A stretch of DNA of 64,000 bases, taken from positions 193,573-257,572 of the forward strand of contig CAVPRZ010000006.1 in the NCBI GenBank assembly GCA_963708065.1, read 5' to 3'. This DNA comes from an uncultured Chloroflexia bacterium. GTDB taxonomy: Bacteria; Chloroflexota; Limnocylindria; Limnocylindrales; CSP1-4. The position numbers were made by a program, and so were the translations under genes. This document shows, one piece after another, positions 33,242 to 43,189 of the stretch. The notes beneath the pieces are model-generated. The model searched no databases. It worked only from the letters and a program-made list of their open reading frames with translations, and was not told the DNA's origin. The number at the start of each line of letters is the position of its first letter. Within the stretch, counting starts at the first letter, position 1.

Positions 33242-34146
33242 TGGTAGTGGACCCAGCGATCCTGCGACCAGAAGTAGATCGCGGTGAACAGCGCGACGAT
33301 CAGGAACAGGATCCACGACGCCGCGCTGGCGTAGCCCATCTTGAAGAACTTGAACCCGTTCTCGTAGATGAAGTAGACGATGGTGATCGTCGCGTCGGTC
33401 GGGCGGGGCTTCACCAGCACGAACACCTGGTCGAAGACCTGGAAGGCGCCGATCAGGCTGAGCACCCCGGTGAAGAAGATGGCCGGCGTGAGCAGCGGGA
33501 GGACGACGCCCCGGAAGCGGGCCCACCGCCCGGCGCCGTCGACGCTGGCGGCGTCGAGCAGCTCGCTCGGGATCGCCTGGAGGCCGGCCAGGAAGATGAT
33601 CACGTTGACCCCGAGGCCCTGCCAGATCGACATCGCGATGATCGACGGCATCGCGAGGGTCGGGTTGCCCAGCCACTTCTGGGCGGGGATCCCGAAGATG
33701 CCGGTGACCTCGTTCAGCAGCCCCGAGTCGGGGCTGTAGATCCACTGCCAGACGAGAGCGATCGCGATGGTCGAGGTGACGACGGGCAGGAAGTAGGCCG
33801 TCCGGACCCAGGCGATCCCGCGGATCCGGACGTTCAACGCGAGGGCCAGGCCGAGCGCGATCGCCAGCCCGAGCGGGACCGACACGATCGTGTAGAAGAA
33901 GGTGTTGCGGAGCGCCTTGAGGAACCGGTCGTCGGACAGGAGCGCCGCGTAGTTGTCGAGGCCGACCGGCTTCGGCGCGGTCAGCAGGTCCCACTTCGTG
34001 AGGCTGATCGCGAGCGTGGCGAGGATCGGCCCGGCCGACAGGACGGCCAGGCCAAGCAGCGTCGGGGCGAGGAAGAGGAGCGCCCAGCGACCCTCACCGG
34101 AGAGCGGGCCGCCCCGCCGGCTGGCGGGGCGGCGCAGGCTCGTCAT
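33238..34146 (-). CDS. carbohydrate ABC transporter permease (MalF-like)
   Basis: 302-aa ORF with RWALLFLAPTLLGLAVL, NYAALLSDDRF and DAASVDGAGRWARFRGVVLPLLTPAI. Confidence 0.9.
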   Translation of the reverse strand: MTSLRRPASRRGGPLSGEGRWALLFLAPTLLGLAVLSAGPILATLAISLTKWDLLTAPKPVGLDNYAALLSDDRFLKALRNTFFYTIVSVPLGLAIALGLALALNVRIRGIAWVRTAYFLPVVTSTIAIALVWQWIYSPDSGLLNEVTGIFGIPAQKWLGNPTLAMPSIIAMSIWQGLGVNVIIFLAGLQAIPSELLDAASVDGAGRWARFRGVVLPLLTPAIFFTGVLSLIGAFQVFDQVFVLVKPRPTDATITIVYFIYENGFKFFKMGYASAASWILFLIVALFTAIYFWSQDRWVHYQ

Positions 34147-34183
34147 CGGCGCGGGGGTCGACCGATCCGGATCCCGTCAGCCG

Positions 34184-35569
34184 TCACTGGCCGGCGAGGA
34201 TCGCGTCGAGCTGGGGCAGGACGTCCGCGATCGCCTGCTTGGCGGTCTTCTTGGGGTCGGTGAAGACGTTCGCGTCGATCTCGGTCTGGAGGGTCGTCGT
34301 CCACTCGTCGTAGCCCTTGAACGAGGGCTTGAGGTGGGCGTAGGCGATCGCGTCGGCCAGGACCTTGGCGCCGTCGAACGAGGTCGCGAAGGGTCCGGCG
34401 AGGACCTCCTTGTTGGCCGGCAGCGAGGACTTGAGCTCCATGATCTTGGTCTGGGCCGCCGGGCTGGCGAGGTACTTGACGAACTCCCAGGCGGCGTCAG
34501 GGTTCTTCGTGTTCTTGTAGACGACCGCGCCGGTCGGGTTGATCGACGTGGCCTGGCCGGCCACGCCCTTGGGCAGGGGGGCGATCCCGAAGTCGAGCCC
34601 GGCCGCGATGTCGGTCGCGACGAGCCACGAGCCGTTGGCCTCCATGGCCGCCTTGCCCTGCTCGAACGCGTCACCGCTGTCGGCCGGCCAGATCGTCGGG
34701 TCGGGCATGATCCCGTCCTTCCAGATGAGGTCCTGGAGGAACTGGATCCCGCCGGTCGCCTGGTCGCTCCCGACCAGGCTCGTCTTCTTGTCGGTCGAGA
34801 TGATCTCGCCGCCGTTCTGCCAGACGAGCGACGACCAGTAGTTCTCCATGTCGGTCGTCTCGGTGTAGAAGCCCCACTGGGTGACCTTGCCCTTGGCGTC
34901 CTTCAGGGTCAGCTGCTTGCCGACCTCGACGAGCTTCGCCCAGTCCCAGGTCTCGTCGGGGTAGGCGATCCCGGCCGCGTCGAACAGCTTCTTGTTGTAG
35001 AAGAGGGCGATCACGTTCAGGTCGCGCGGCAGCCCGAACTGGCCATCGGGCGTCGTGAAGTCGGCCACGGCCGGGTCGGCCAGCTGGCCGAGGTCGTAGC
35101 CGTCGCGATCGATGTAGGGCTTGAGGTCGAGCAGCACATCACGGCTCTGGTAGTCCGGGAACAGCGGCCCGTCCATCGCGAAGACGTCGGGCGCGTCCCC
35201 ACCGGCGAGCGAGGTCCCGAGCTTGTCCCAGTAGGGCTCCCAGTCCGACACGGTCACCTTGACCGTGATCTTCGGGTTGGCCGCGTGGAACGCATCGACG
35301 ATCGCCTGCTGGTTCTTGATCTCGGTCGGATCGCCCCAGATCGAGTAGGTGATCGTCGCCTCCGGGCCCGTGTAGCCGGCGGCAGATGGCGCGGCCGACG
35401 ACGATCCGGCCGGGGACGCCGGCGGGGCGGCGGTGGGCGCCGCGGTCCCCGGTGCTGTCGTCGTCGTGCCGGCGCAGGCCCCTGCGATCAGGGCGGCCAT
35501 CGCCACGACGGCCAGGAGCCGTGCGGGCCGTCGCCGATGCCCGACCCGTGCGTATCGATCCATCGTCAT
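34184..35569 (-). CDS. carbohydrate ABC transporter substrate-binding lipoprotein
   Basis: GAGGAGGAGG RBS, then ATG 35569. Lipobox LIAGAC, a Thr/Pro/Ala linker, and an SBP_bac_1-like body (TYSIWGDPTEIKNQQAIVDAF...FYNKKLFDAAGI). Confidence 0.85.
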   Translation of the reverse strand: MTMDRYARVGHRRRPARLLAVVAMAALIAGACAGTTTTAPGTAAPTAAPPASPAGSSSAAPSAAGYTGPEATITYSIWGDPTEIKNQQAIVDAFHAANPKITVKVTVSDWEPYWDKLGTSLAGGDAPDVFAMDGPLFPDYQSRDVLLDLKPYIDRDGYDLGQLADPAVADFTTPDGQFGLPRDLNVIALFYNKKLFDAAGIAYPDETWDWAKLVEVGKQLTLKDAKGKVTQWGFYTETTDMENYWSSLVWQNGGEIISTDKKTSLVGSDQATGGIQFLQDLIWKDGIMPDPTIWPADSGDAFEQGKAAMEANGSWLVATDIAAGLDFGIAPLPKGVAGQATSINPTGAVVYKNTKNPDAAWEFVKYLASPAAQTKIMELKSSLPANKEVLAGPFATSFDGAKVLADAIAYAHLKPSFKGYDEWTTTLQTEIDANVFTDPKKTAKQAIADVLPQLDAILAGQ

Positions 35570-35586
35570 CGATCCGTGCCTCCTCC

Positions 35587-36906
35587 TCAGTCGGCGGCCG
35601 CGCCGCCCAGCCAGGCGGGCAGCCACGCTGCCTCCGCTTCGATCATCGCGTCGGTCAGCCGCCACGCGTCGTCCAGGGTCAGCTCGCTCTGGACGATCGG
35701 GTCGGTCATGACGGCGTGGTAGACGGCGTCGCGGTCGTGGTCGAGCGCGGCGCGGACGGTGAGCCCCTGCATGTCGACGGCGCCCCGGAGGTAGTTCGCC
35801 AGGTGGAGCGGGAGGTTGCCCATCGCGACCGGGTGGACGCCGTCCCCGTCGACGAAACAGGGGACCTCGACGCAGGCGCCGGCGTCGAGGTTCGGGATCA
35901 GCCGGCCCTGGTTCATGACGTTGGCCACGATCCGGGTCCGCCCCCCGGTCACGAGCGACTCGGCGATCGTCGCCGCGTATTCCCCGCTGCGCTCGATCTC
36001 GAACGGCTCGCCGGCGTCGAGGCGACGCTTCGTGTCGGCGTACTCGTCGAGGTTGTGGGCGACCCGGGCCAGGTACTCGCCGATCGGGACGTGGAACCGC
36101 TCGACCGTGTCGCCGCTCGCGTCGTGCTTGCCGATGTACCACGGGCTGTACTCGGCCTGCTGCTCGGACGCCTCGCTCAGGTAGGCGCCGAGGCGAAGGA
36201 ACAGGTCGGCCCGGACGAGGTCGTCGGCGGGCGCCCGACCCGCCTCGACGAACGCGCGGAGGTCGGGGTAGAGGTCGCGCCCGCGATGCTCGAGGCGGAC
36301 CAGGAAGGCGTGGTGGTTCACCCCGGCGGAGTCCGCCTCGATCTCGTCGCGCGGCAGGCCCAGGTAGCCGGCCAGCGTGTCGATCGTCCAGAAGACCGAG
36401 TGGCACAGCCCGACGACCTTGACCGGGCTGCGCTCGGCCACTGAGCGGACGACGGTCGCCAGCGGGTTCGTGTAGTTGAGGAGCCAGGCATCCGGGCAGA
36501 GCTCTTCCATGTCGGCGGCGATGCCGAGGACGACCGGGATCGTGCGCAGGCCACGGAAGACGCCACCCACGCCGACGGTGTCGGCGATCGTGTAGCGGAG
36601 CCCGAAGCGGCCCGGCACGGCGAAGTCGATCTCCGTGGCTCGCGCCCCGCCGACCTGGATCGTGACGACGACGACATCGGCCCCGCGGAGCGCCGCGCGT
36701 CGATCAAGATGGGCCGAGATCGACGGGTTCGCGCCGAGCGCTCCAACGGTCCAGCGGGCCATCCGCTCGGCCGTCTCGAGCCGGTCGGGATCGATGTCGT
36801 GGAGGACGATCTCGGATGAGCGGAGGGCCGGCGACGACAGGATGTCGCCGAGGAGGTTCCGCGTGAACTCCACACTGCCCGCACCGACGAGGACGATCCG
36901 AGTCAT
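35587..36906 (-). CDS. glycoside hydrolase family 4 (NAD+/Mn2+-dependent alpha-glucosidase/alpha-galactosidase type)
   Basis: ATG 36906 (MTRIVLVGAGSVEFTRNLL, a Rossmann motif). LLNYTNP, GLCHS and GVNHHAF are GH4 signatures. It is the first gene of the minus-strand sugar operon. Confidence 0.85.
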   Translation of the reverse strand: MTRIVLVGAGSVEFTRNLLGDILSSPALRSSEIVLHDIDPDRLETAERMARWTVGALGANPSISAHLDRRAALRGADVVVVTIQVGGARATEIDFAVPGRFGLRYTIADTVGVGGVFRGLRTIPVVLGIAADMEELCPDAWLLNYTNPLATVVRSVAERSPVKVVGLCHSVFWTIDTLAGYLGLPRDEIEADSAGVNHHAFLVRLEHRGRDLYPDLRAFVEAGRAPADDLVRADLFLRLGAYLSEASEQQAEYSPWYIGKHDASGDTVERFHVPIGEYLARVAHNLDEYADTKRRLDAGEPFEIERSGEYAATIAESLVTGGRTRIVANVMNQGRLIPNLDAGACVEVPCFVDGDGVHPVAMGNLPLHLANYLRGAVDMQGLTVRAALDHDRDAVYHAVMTDPIVQSELTLDDAWRLTDAMIEAEAAWLPAWLGGAAAD

Positions 36907-36942
36907 GCTGGCTCCGTGCATCAGCTGCCCTGCGATGACCAC

Positions 36943-36965
36943 GACGTCCGGACGTCCGGACGTCC
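36943..36965. promoter_or_regulatory. three tandem GACGTCCG octamers (overlapping GGACGTCC palindromes) in the GH4/aldolase divergent promoter region
   Basis: gacgtccg gacgtccg gacgtcc lies 37 nt upstream of the GH4 start (36906) and about 70 nt upstream of the aldolase start (37034). It is a candidate operator for the operon-encoded GntR/HutC regulator. Confidence 0.4.
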
Positions 36966-37033
36966 TATCCTAACCCGGACGGACCCGGCATGGAAGCCCA
37001 TGTCGCCGGGGACGGACTAGGAGGGCCAGGAGG

Positions 37034-38026
37034 GTGGACCCGGGTCGCGAACCACCGCTCGGCCGGATCCGCGGCCTCCGGGCCTGCGCCTCGGCCCGCG
37101 GGACGTTCGGGGTGCTGGCGCTCGATCATCGCCAGAACCTCCGCCGCGAGCTGCGGCCCGACGACCCGGCCAGTGTCACGTTCGCGGAGATGGTGGCCTT
37201 CAAGCGGGCGGTCGTCCGGGCCCTCGGCCCGGCCGCGACCGGCGTCCTCCTCGACCCCGAGGTCGGCGCGGCGCAGGCGATCGTCGACGGCTCGCTGCCC
37301 CCGGGCACCGGCCTGATCGTGGCGATCGAGGCGACCGGCTACGACGGGCCGTCGACGGCGCGGGCGAGCCGGATCCTCGACGGCTGGAGCGTCGCCGCGG
37401 CGAAGCGGATGGGCGCCTCGGCCGCCAAGCTCCTCGTCTATTACCATCCGGACGCCCCCAACGCGGTCGACCAGGAGCGGCTCGTGGCGACGGTCGCGGC
37501 CGAATGCGCGGCCCGCGACCTGGCCCTGTTCATCGAGCCGCTCTCGTTCTCGATCGACCCGGCGGTCCCGCGGCTCGAGGGCGAGCCACGCCGGCGGGTC
37601 GTCGTCGAGACCGCCCGGCGGCTGACCGCCCTCGGCGGCGACGTCCTGAAGGCCGAGTTTCCCTACGATCCGGGCGTGACCGACGAGCGGCGCTGGCGGG
37701 AGGCCTGTGCGGAGCTCGACGGGGCATCGCGGCTGCCCTGGGTCCTCCTGTCGGGCGGAGCCGACGAGGCGACGTTCGAGGCCCAGGTCCGGGTCGCCTG
37801 CGCCACCGGGGCGAGCGGCGTCCTCGCCGGGCGGTCGGTCTGGGCCGAGGCGGCGACGCTCGCGCCGGCGGATCGGGACGCGTTCCTGGCGACGACGGGG
37901 CGGGAGCGGCTGGCCCGGCTGGTCGACCAGGTCGACGAGCTCGGCAGGCCGTGGGACGCTCGTCCGGGACCGCTCGTCCCGCTGCCCGAGCCCGGCGAGG
38001 GCTGGTATCGCGGGTACGCCGGGTGA
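37034..38026 (+). CDS. class I tagatose-1,6-bisphosphate-type aldolase (DeoC/LacD family)
   Basis: AGGAGGG RBS copies precede GTG 37034. FGVLALDHRQNL, KLLVYYHP and GGDVLKAEFPYD (Schiff-base Lys context) plus VLLSGG are LacD/YihT-like signatures. Confidence 0.8.
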   Translation: MDPGREPPLGRIRGLRACASARGTFGVLALDHRQNLRRELRPDDPASVTFAEMVAFKRAVVRALGPAATGVLLDPEVGAAQAIVDGSLPPGTGLIVAIEATGYDGPSTARASRILDGWSVAAAKRMGASAAKLLVYYHPDAPNAVDQERLVATVAAECAARDLALFIEPLSFSIDPAVPRLEGEPRRRVVVETARRLTALGGDVLKAEFPYDPGVTDERRWREACAELDGASRLPWVLLSGGADEATFEAQVRVACATGASGVLAGRSVWAEAATLAPADRDAFLATTGRERLARLVDQVDELGRPWDARPGPLVPLPEPGEGWYRGYAG

Positions 38027-39003
38027 CATCCGAGCGGCGGTTCGACCTCCTCGTAGTCGGCGAGCTGAACCCGGACATCCTCATCGTCGATCCGGACGCC
38101 CAGCCGATGTTCGGCCAGGTCGAGACGATCGTCGAGGCGATCCGGATGGAGATCGGCAGCTCGTCGGCGATTGCCGCGTGCGGGGCGGCCCGGCTCGGGC
38201 TGCGCGTGGCGTTCGTCGGCGTCGTCGGCGACGACGCGTTCGGTCGGTTCATGCTCGATGCGCTCGACCGGGTCGGCATCGATGTCGGCGGTTGCCGGAT
38301 CGACCCGACCGTCCCGACCGGGGCGACCGTGATCCTGAGCCGTGGCGAGGACCGGGCCAACCTGACCGCGCTCGGGGCGATCGGCGAGCTGAGGGCGAGC
38401 GACGTCCCGCGCGAGCTGCTGGCCGCGGCACGCCACCTCCACGTCGGGAGCACCTACCTCCAGCGGGCGCTGACGGCCGAGCTTCCGGAGCTGTTCGCCG
38501 AGGCGCGCGCCCTCGGCCTGACGACCTCGTTCGACTGCAACTGGGACAACACCGAGCAGTGGGACGGCGAGATCGACCGGCTCCTCGGCGAGGCCGACGT
38601 GTTCCTGCCGAACCTCGAGGAGGCTCGCCGGATCACCGCCCGGACCGCTGCCCCGGCGGCGGCCGGCGAGCTGGTCCGGCGTGCGGCCGAGGGCCGGGAG
38701 CCGGGTCGCCCGTTCACCCTTGCCGTCAAGCACGGGGCCGGGGGCGCCATGGCGATGCGCGGGGCGTGGGAGTACGAGGTCGCCGAGGCGGCGGTGCTGC
38801 CGGTCGAGGTGCGCGACACGACCGGGGCGGGAGACTCGTTCGACGCCGGCTTCCTGTACGGGACGCTGGCCGGCTGGCCGCTCCGCGACGCGCTCGAGCT
38901 CGGTGTCGCGTGCGGCTCGCTGTCATGCCTGGGGATCGGGGGCACGGCGGCCCAGCCGACGCTCGCCGAGGCCCGCGCCGCGCTCGCCGCGGCCGGTCGC
39001 TAG
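38023..39003 (+). CDS. PfkB-family carbohydrate kinase
   Basis: GTG 38023 overlaps the aldolase stop (GTGA). LVVGELNPDI, GSSSAIAACGAARLG and DTTGAGDSFDAGFL (PfkB anion-hole motif) are present. Confidence 0.85.
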   Translation: MTSERRFDLLVVGELNPDILIVDPDAQPMFGQVETIVEAIRMEIGSSSAIAACGAARLGLRVAFVGVVGDDAFGRFMLDALDRVGIDVGGCRIDPTVPTGATVILSRGEDRANLTALGAIGELRASDVPRELLAAARHLHVGSTYLQRALTAELPELFAEARALGLTTSFDCNWDNTEQWDGEIDRLLGEADVFLPNLEEARRITARTAAPAAAGELVRRAAEGREPGRPFTLAVKHGAGGAMAMRGAWEYEVAEAAVLPVEVRDTTGAGDSFDAGFLYGTLAGWPLRDALELGVACGSLSCLGIGGTAAQPTLAEARAALAAAGR

Positions 39004-39016
39004 CGCGGACCGACCG

Positions 39017-40102
39017 ATGCGCCTGGTCGCGGTCGCCCCGAACCCGTCGATCGACCGGCTCTACGAGCTCGACCGGCTCGTCCGCGACGCCGTCAACCGC
39101 CCGCGCGTCGAGACGCGGGTCGCCGGCGGCAAGGGGCTCAACGTCGCTCGGGCGGCACATGCGCTCGGCGCCGAGGCGTCGGCGGTGGCCCTGCTGGCCG
39201 GCCACGCCGGGCGCTGGATGGCCGAGGCGCTGGCGGCCGAGGGGATCGCCGCGCGGCTCGCCTGGGCCGACGGCGAGACGCGGACGTGCCTGGCGATCCA
39301 CGACGGATCCGACGGGACGCTGACCGAGCTCAACGAGGCCGGACCCGAGGTGGGCCCGGACGCCTGGGCGGGGCTCGTCGAGGCCCTCCGGGCCGAGCTG
39401 GCAGGCGGCGATGTCGGGCTGGTCACGATCTCGGGCAGCCTGCCGCCGGGAGCCCCGCCCGACGGTCTGACCGAGCTGGCCCGGACGGCGACGGAAGCCG
39501 GGGTCGAGGTCGCCGTCGATGCCGCCGGCGCCGCCCTGGAGCGGGCATTCGCGACGCGGCCCTGGCTCGTCAAGCTCAACGCGGCCGAGGCGGCGGCGAC
39601 GCTCGGTGAGCCTCCGCTCCCCGACGAGGCCGCGGCGGCGCGCGCCGCACGACGGCTCGCCGCCCGATCCGGTGGCGCCGTGGTCGTGACCCGGGGCGCC
39701 GAAGGGGCCATCGCGATCGATCGTGACGGCGCGACGTTCCGCGTCGCCGGGCCGGCGGTCCGCGGACCGTATCCGGTTGGCAGCGGCGATGCGTTCCTGG
39801 CCGGCCTGGCGGTCGGACGGCTCCGCGCCCTCTCGTTCGTCGACGCGCTCCAGCTCGCCGGCGCGGCGGCCGCCGCAAATGCCCTCAGGCGGGGTGCGGG
39901 ACGCCTGGACGTCGCCGACGTCGAGCGGATCGCCGGCTCGATCGTGGTCGGGCCGATCGACGGCCTGATCAGGCCGTCCGGCGGTCCTCTGACGGAGCAG
40001 CCTGTCGCTCACCCGTTCGGACGCCTCGCCCGACGGCATCGCACGATCGCTCGATCGCTGCGAGGTCGCCCTCGGCGACGCTGTCGAGGAAGTAGGCCTT
40101 GA
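39017..40102 (+). CDS. 1-phosphofructokinase/tagatose-6-phosphate-kinase family hexose-phosphate kinase (FruK/LacC-like); 3' end uncertain
   Basis: ATG 39017. NPSIDRLYELD, AGGKGLNVARAA, ISGSLPPG and PVGSGDAFLAGL are present. The ORF has no stop until 40102 and runs 134 nt antisense into marR. The real end is probably near 39966 (TGA in another frame inside a palindrome). Confidence 0.7.
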   Translation: MRLVAVAPNPSIDRLYELDRLVRDAVNRPRVETRVAGGKGLNVARAAHALGAEASAVALLAGHAGRWMAEALAAEGIAARLAWADGETRTCLAIHDGSDGTLTELNEAGPEVGPDAWAGLVEALRAELAGGDVGLVTISGSLPPGAPPDGLTELARTATEAGVEVAVDAAGAALERAFATRPWLVKLNAAEAAATLGEPPLPDEAAAARAARRLAARSGGAVVVTRGAEGAIAIDRDGATFRVAGPAVRGPYPVGSGDAFLAGLAVGRLRALSFVDALQLAGAAAAANALRRGAGRLDVADVERIAGSIVVGPIDGLIRPSGGPLTEQPVAHPFGRLARRHRTIARSLRGRPRRRCRGSRP

Positions 40103-40502
40103 TCCCGCGGAGGTGGGTCCGGCTCGCCCGGCGCAGCCGGTCGTATCCGGCGTCGGTGAGGACGGCCTCGGCGCCGCGGCCGTCGGACGAGCACTGGCTC
40201 CGAGCCACGAGACCGTCCGCCTCGAGCCGATCGATCAACCGGGTGACCCCACTCCGGCTCAGGATGATCCCGTCCGCGAGCTGGTTCATCCGAAGGCGTC
40301 GCTCCGGCGCCTGGGCCAGGTGGAGGAGCGCCTCGTACTCGGCCAGCGTCATCTGCTGCTCCGTCCGGAGGTCCTCGTCGAGGCGGCGGGTGACGAGCGC
40401 GTGTGCGGTCAGGAACGCGCGCCACGGGCCGAGCCGCGGGTCGCGTGCGCTCAGGTGGCGGGCTTGCTCGGGTGGTCCGTAGGGCTGGGACGTCTCGGTC
40501 AT
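39969..40502 (-). CDS. MarR family transcriptional regulator
   Basis: 177-aa ORF with MTLAEYEALLHLAQAPERRLRMNQLADGIILSRSGVTRLIDRLEADGLV, a winged-HTH of MarR type. It is divergent from yceI. Confidence 0.85.
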   Translation of the reverse strand: MTETSQPYGPPEQARHLSARDPRLGPWRAFLTAHALVTRRLDEDLRTEQQMTLAEYEALLHLAQAPERRLRMNQLADGIILSRSGVTRLIDRLEADGLVARSQCSSDGRGAEAVLTDAGYDRLRRASRTHLRGIKAYFLDSVAEGDLAAIERSCDAVGRGVRTGERQAAPSEDRRTA

Positions 40503-40533
40503 TGCGACGCATCATACCCCGCCGGGCCACTCG

Positions 40534-40563
40534 TTGACAACTCAACTATGTTCGGCATATAGT
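40534..40563 (+). promoter_or_regulatory. candidate sigma-70-type promoter of yceI (TTGACA-18 nt-TATAGT)
   Basis: TTGACA at 40534..40539 and TATAGT at 40558..40563, about 68 nt upstream of ATG 40631. This is the most AT-rich stretch of the window. Confidence 0.55.
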
Positions 40564-40566
40564 TGA
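40542..40566. promoter_or_regulatory. perfect 8-bp inverted repeat TCAACTAT-N9-ATAGTTGA, candidate MarR operator
   Basis: The repeat lies in the marR/yceI divergent intergenic region and overlaps the -10 element. MarR dimers typically bind pseudo-palindromes in their own divergent promoter region. Confidence 0.5.
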
Positions 40567-40630
40567 CATGGCAACGAATTGAGGGCAGCGCTCGCAAGCG
40601 GGCGGGCCGACGGAGAAGGGACCTACCACG

Positions 40631-41191
40631 ATGAAGACCAGCTGGATGATCGATCCGGCCCACACCGACGTCGCGTTCTCGACGAAGCACATGATGGTCA
40701 CGACCGTTCGCGGCAAGTTCGACCGGGTCGAGGGCGAGCTGAGGCTCGACGAAACGGACCCGCAGTCGGCCGAGGGCGAGATCCGGGTCGCCGCCGCCAG
40801 CCTGTCGACCGGCTTCGACGCCCGGGACCAGCACCTCCGCTCGGCCGACTTCTTCGATGCCGAGGTGTACCCCTGGATCGTCGCCCGGGTGCGGCGCGTC
40901 GAGCCGAAGGGCGACGGCTTCTCGGTCACGGCCGACGTCACGATCCGCGACGTCACCCGGCCCGTGACCTTCGCCGCCGAGCTCAACGGGATCGTCCCCG
41001 GGATGCACGGTGAGCGGCATGCCGGCTTCCATCTGAGCGGCACCGTCAACCGCGAGGACTGGGGCCTCACCTGGAACGTCGCCCTCGAGACGGGCGGCTG
41101 GCTGGTCGATCGGACCGTCCGGCTCGACATCGACGTCGCCGCGAACGAGGTCGCGGGCGCCGCGGACGTCCCCGGCCGGGCCGTCGCCTGA
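40631..41191 (+). CDS. YceI family (polyisoprenoid-binding) protein
   Basis: 186-aa ORF with WMIDPAHTDVAFSTKHMMVTTVRGKF, ARDQHLRSADFFD and TIRDVTRPV. GGAGAAGGG RBS lies upstream. Confidence 0.9.
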   Translation: MKTSWMIDPAHTDVAFSTKHMMVTTVRGKFDRVEGELRLDETDPQSAEGEIRVAAASLSTGFDARDQHLRSADFFDAEVYPWIVARVRRVEPKGDGFSVTADVTIRDVTRPVTFAAELNGIVPGMHGERHAGFHLSGTVNREDWGLTWNVALETGGWLVDRTVRLDIDVAANEVAGAADVPGRAVA

Positions 41192-41203
41192 CGGCTCGCC
41201 CCC

Positions 41204-42580
41204 TCAGCCGGCGCCGGCCGGCGGCTCCGTCTCCGCGGCCCCATCCGGGGAGCCGGCGGCGCCCTCGTCGGCCGGACTCGGCCCGCTCGTCGGCTCGGCC
41301 GCGGGAAGCCTGACGACCAGGCTCCCGTCGCCCGCCAGGCCGACCGTCTCACCGCCGGCCTTCACCATCTCCTCGACCCGCGGCGTGTCCCGGAAGATCT
41401 GCCGGTCGATCTCGAGGAGCGCGTTCCCGATCGCGGCCCCGACCCGCTGCCCCGGGCCCGGGCGGGTCCGCTCGAGGGCCTCCTCCGCCGCCGCGCCGAT
41501 CGCGGCCAGCCCCTGCTCGAGGGCCACCGGCGTCGGCCAGCCGTAGCCCAGCCGGAAGTGCCGGCGTGGCTGGTCGAACCAGTGTCCCGGCCCGACGACC
41601 GTCGCGTACCGGTCGAGCAGGATCCGGTAGAACGCGTCGATGTCGAGCGGGACCTCCGGGCGGAAGCGCGGGAACCCGACGACCCCGCCACGCGGCTCGA
41701 CCCACTCGAGCAGCTCCTGGCCCTCGAACCACGCCGTGACGGTCCTCAACGCCGTCGCGATCCCGGCCAGGATCCGCGGCAGGCGCTCCGGCCGTCGCGC
41801 GAGCGCGACCTCCCCGATCGCCTCGTCGACGACCGAGTTCGTGATGAGGATCTGCTCCTTGGCGGCCAGGAACCGCCCCTGGAGGTCGGCGTCGGTCGTG
41901 ATCAGCCAGCCGATCCGGATCCCGGGCAGCCCATCGGACTTGGACAGCGACGAGACACCGATCGCCCGCTCGGACAGGCTGGCCGCCAGCGGCAGCGGCC
42001 CGCCGAACGTCATCTCCCGGTACGTCTCGTCGACGAGGAGCCGGGCCGCCGAGTGCTCCTCGACCATCGCGACGACCTCGCGCAGGGCGGCCTCCGACAT
42101 GACCTGGCCGGTCGGGTTGTGCGGCGTCGTCAGCGAGACGAGCCTGGTCCGGGGTGTCAGCAGGGCCCGGAGCCGGTCGGGTTCGACGATCCAGTCGTCC
42201 TCGTAGCGCAGGTCGAGGTGGCGGACGGTTGCCCCGATCGCCCGCGGCGTCTCGAGGTTCGTGGCGTAGTTCGGGCGGACGACGACGAGCTCGTCGCCGG
42301 GTCCGAGGAGTGTCGTGTGGACGATGAACAACGCCGCCGCGGCACCCGGCGTGACGAGCACGTCATCGGCGGTGAGGCGGGGCGCGGGCGCGGCGATCGC
42401 CGTCCGCAGTCCGGGCCGGCCGAGATGGTCGCCGTACATGAGGACGAGGTCGTCGAGCCCGACACCGAGCTCCCGGAGGTGCGTGTCGGCAACGGAGCTC
42501 TCGGCCAGGTTCGACCGGATCCGCTCGTAGCCGAACTGCTCGGGCGACTCGGCCTCGATCGGCATCCGACGGTAGTCCAC
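41204..42580 (-). CDS. class I/II PLP-dependent aminotransferase with ~70-aa C-terminal extension
   Basis: 458-aa ORF with VVRPNYATN, TPHNPTGQV and SSLSKSDGLPGIRIGW (PLP-Lys motif). The family-typical end is around ...GLAAIGAAAEEALE. After that an extra GC3-rich tail continues to 41204. Confidence 0.8.
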   Translation of the reverse strand: MDYRRMPIEAESPEQFGYERIRSNLAESSVADTHLRELGVGLDDLVLMYGDHLGRPGLRTAIAAPAPRLTADDVLVTPGAAAALFIVHTTLLGPGDELVVVRPNYATNLETPRAIGATVRHLDLRYEDDWIVEPDRLRALLTPRTRLVSLTTPHNPTGQVMSEAALREVVAMVEEHSAARLLVDETYREMTFGGPLPLAASLSERAIGVSSLSKSDGLPGIRIGWLITTDADLQGRFLAAKEQILITNSVVDEAIGEVALARRPERLPRILAGIATALRTVTAWFEGQELLEWVEPRGGVVGFPRFRPEVPLDIDAFYRILLDRYATVVGPGHWFDQPRRHFRLGYGWPTPVALEQGLAAIGAAAEEALERTRPGPGQRVGAAIGNALLEIDRQIFRDTPRVEEMVKAGGETVGLAGDGSLVVRLPAAEPTSGPSPADEGAAGSPDGAAETEPPAGAG

Positions 42581-42719
42581 CGGTCCTCCAGCACGCCAGG
42601 GATCCCGACCCAGTCTACGGCCCCTCTTCCCCCCGGACGGGATCGCGACCTATCATCCGCGGCACGGTTCGCCGCGAGGCGAGCGGAGATCTGCCGGGGT
42701 CCTGCAGCAGGAGTCGACG

Positions 42720-43111
42720 ATGGCCCTTCCGGCGCAGCCTGGAGGCGCGCCACGCGGCCGCGCCAGCCGTATCCTGGCCTTCGGTGTCGTCGACCGCCAT
42801 CCTGCTCGCCGCCTGCGGCGGGGCCGCGGCCGGCGGGGACGGCGGTGGTGGTGGCGGCGGGCAATGCGGCCTACGACACGGTCATCACCCAGGTCACGAC
42901 CGACTTCGGCACCTCGATGGTCTCCGCCACGGTCGAGGGCGATACGCTCAAGATCACCCTCATCGACAACGCGAGCGCGGCGATGGCCAAGCTGTTCATG
43001 TGCAGCAACGTCGTGCCGCACCTCAAGGACGCCGGACTGGCCGGCTCGAAGGCGGTGATCGTCTCGAAGTCCGGGACGCAGCTCTCGACCCAGGCCGACT
43101 GCCCGCACTGA
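42720..43111 (+). CDS. small hypothetical lipoprotein; about 2 frame breaks as sequenced
   Basis: AGGAG lies 7 nt before ATG 42720. MALPAQPGGAPRGRASRILAFGV | STAILLAACGGAAAGGDGGGG | NAAYDTVITQVTTDFG...KSGTQLSTQADCPH* is pieced from three overlapping ORFs, with breaks near 42790 and 42858. A lipobox LLAAC is present. Confidence 0.5.
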
Positions 43112-43189
43112 CCTCCGGGCGCCGACGGCCCGGCCGCCGGCAATCGACGCACTCCGGCGCGCCGGCCCGCAGACGCCTGGCGGCGGAGC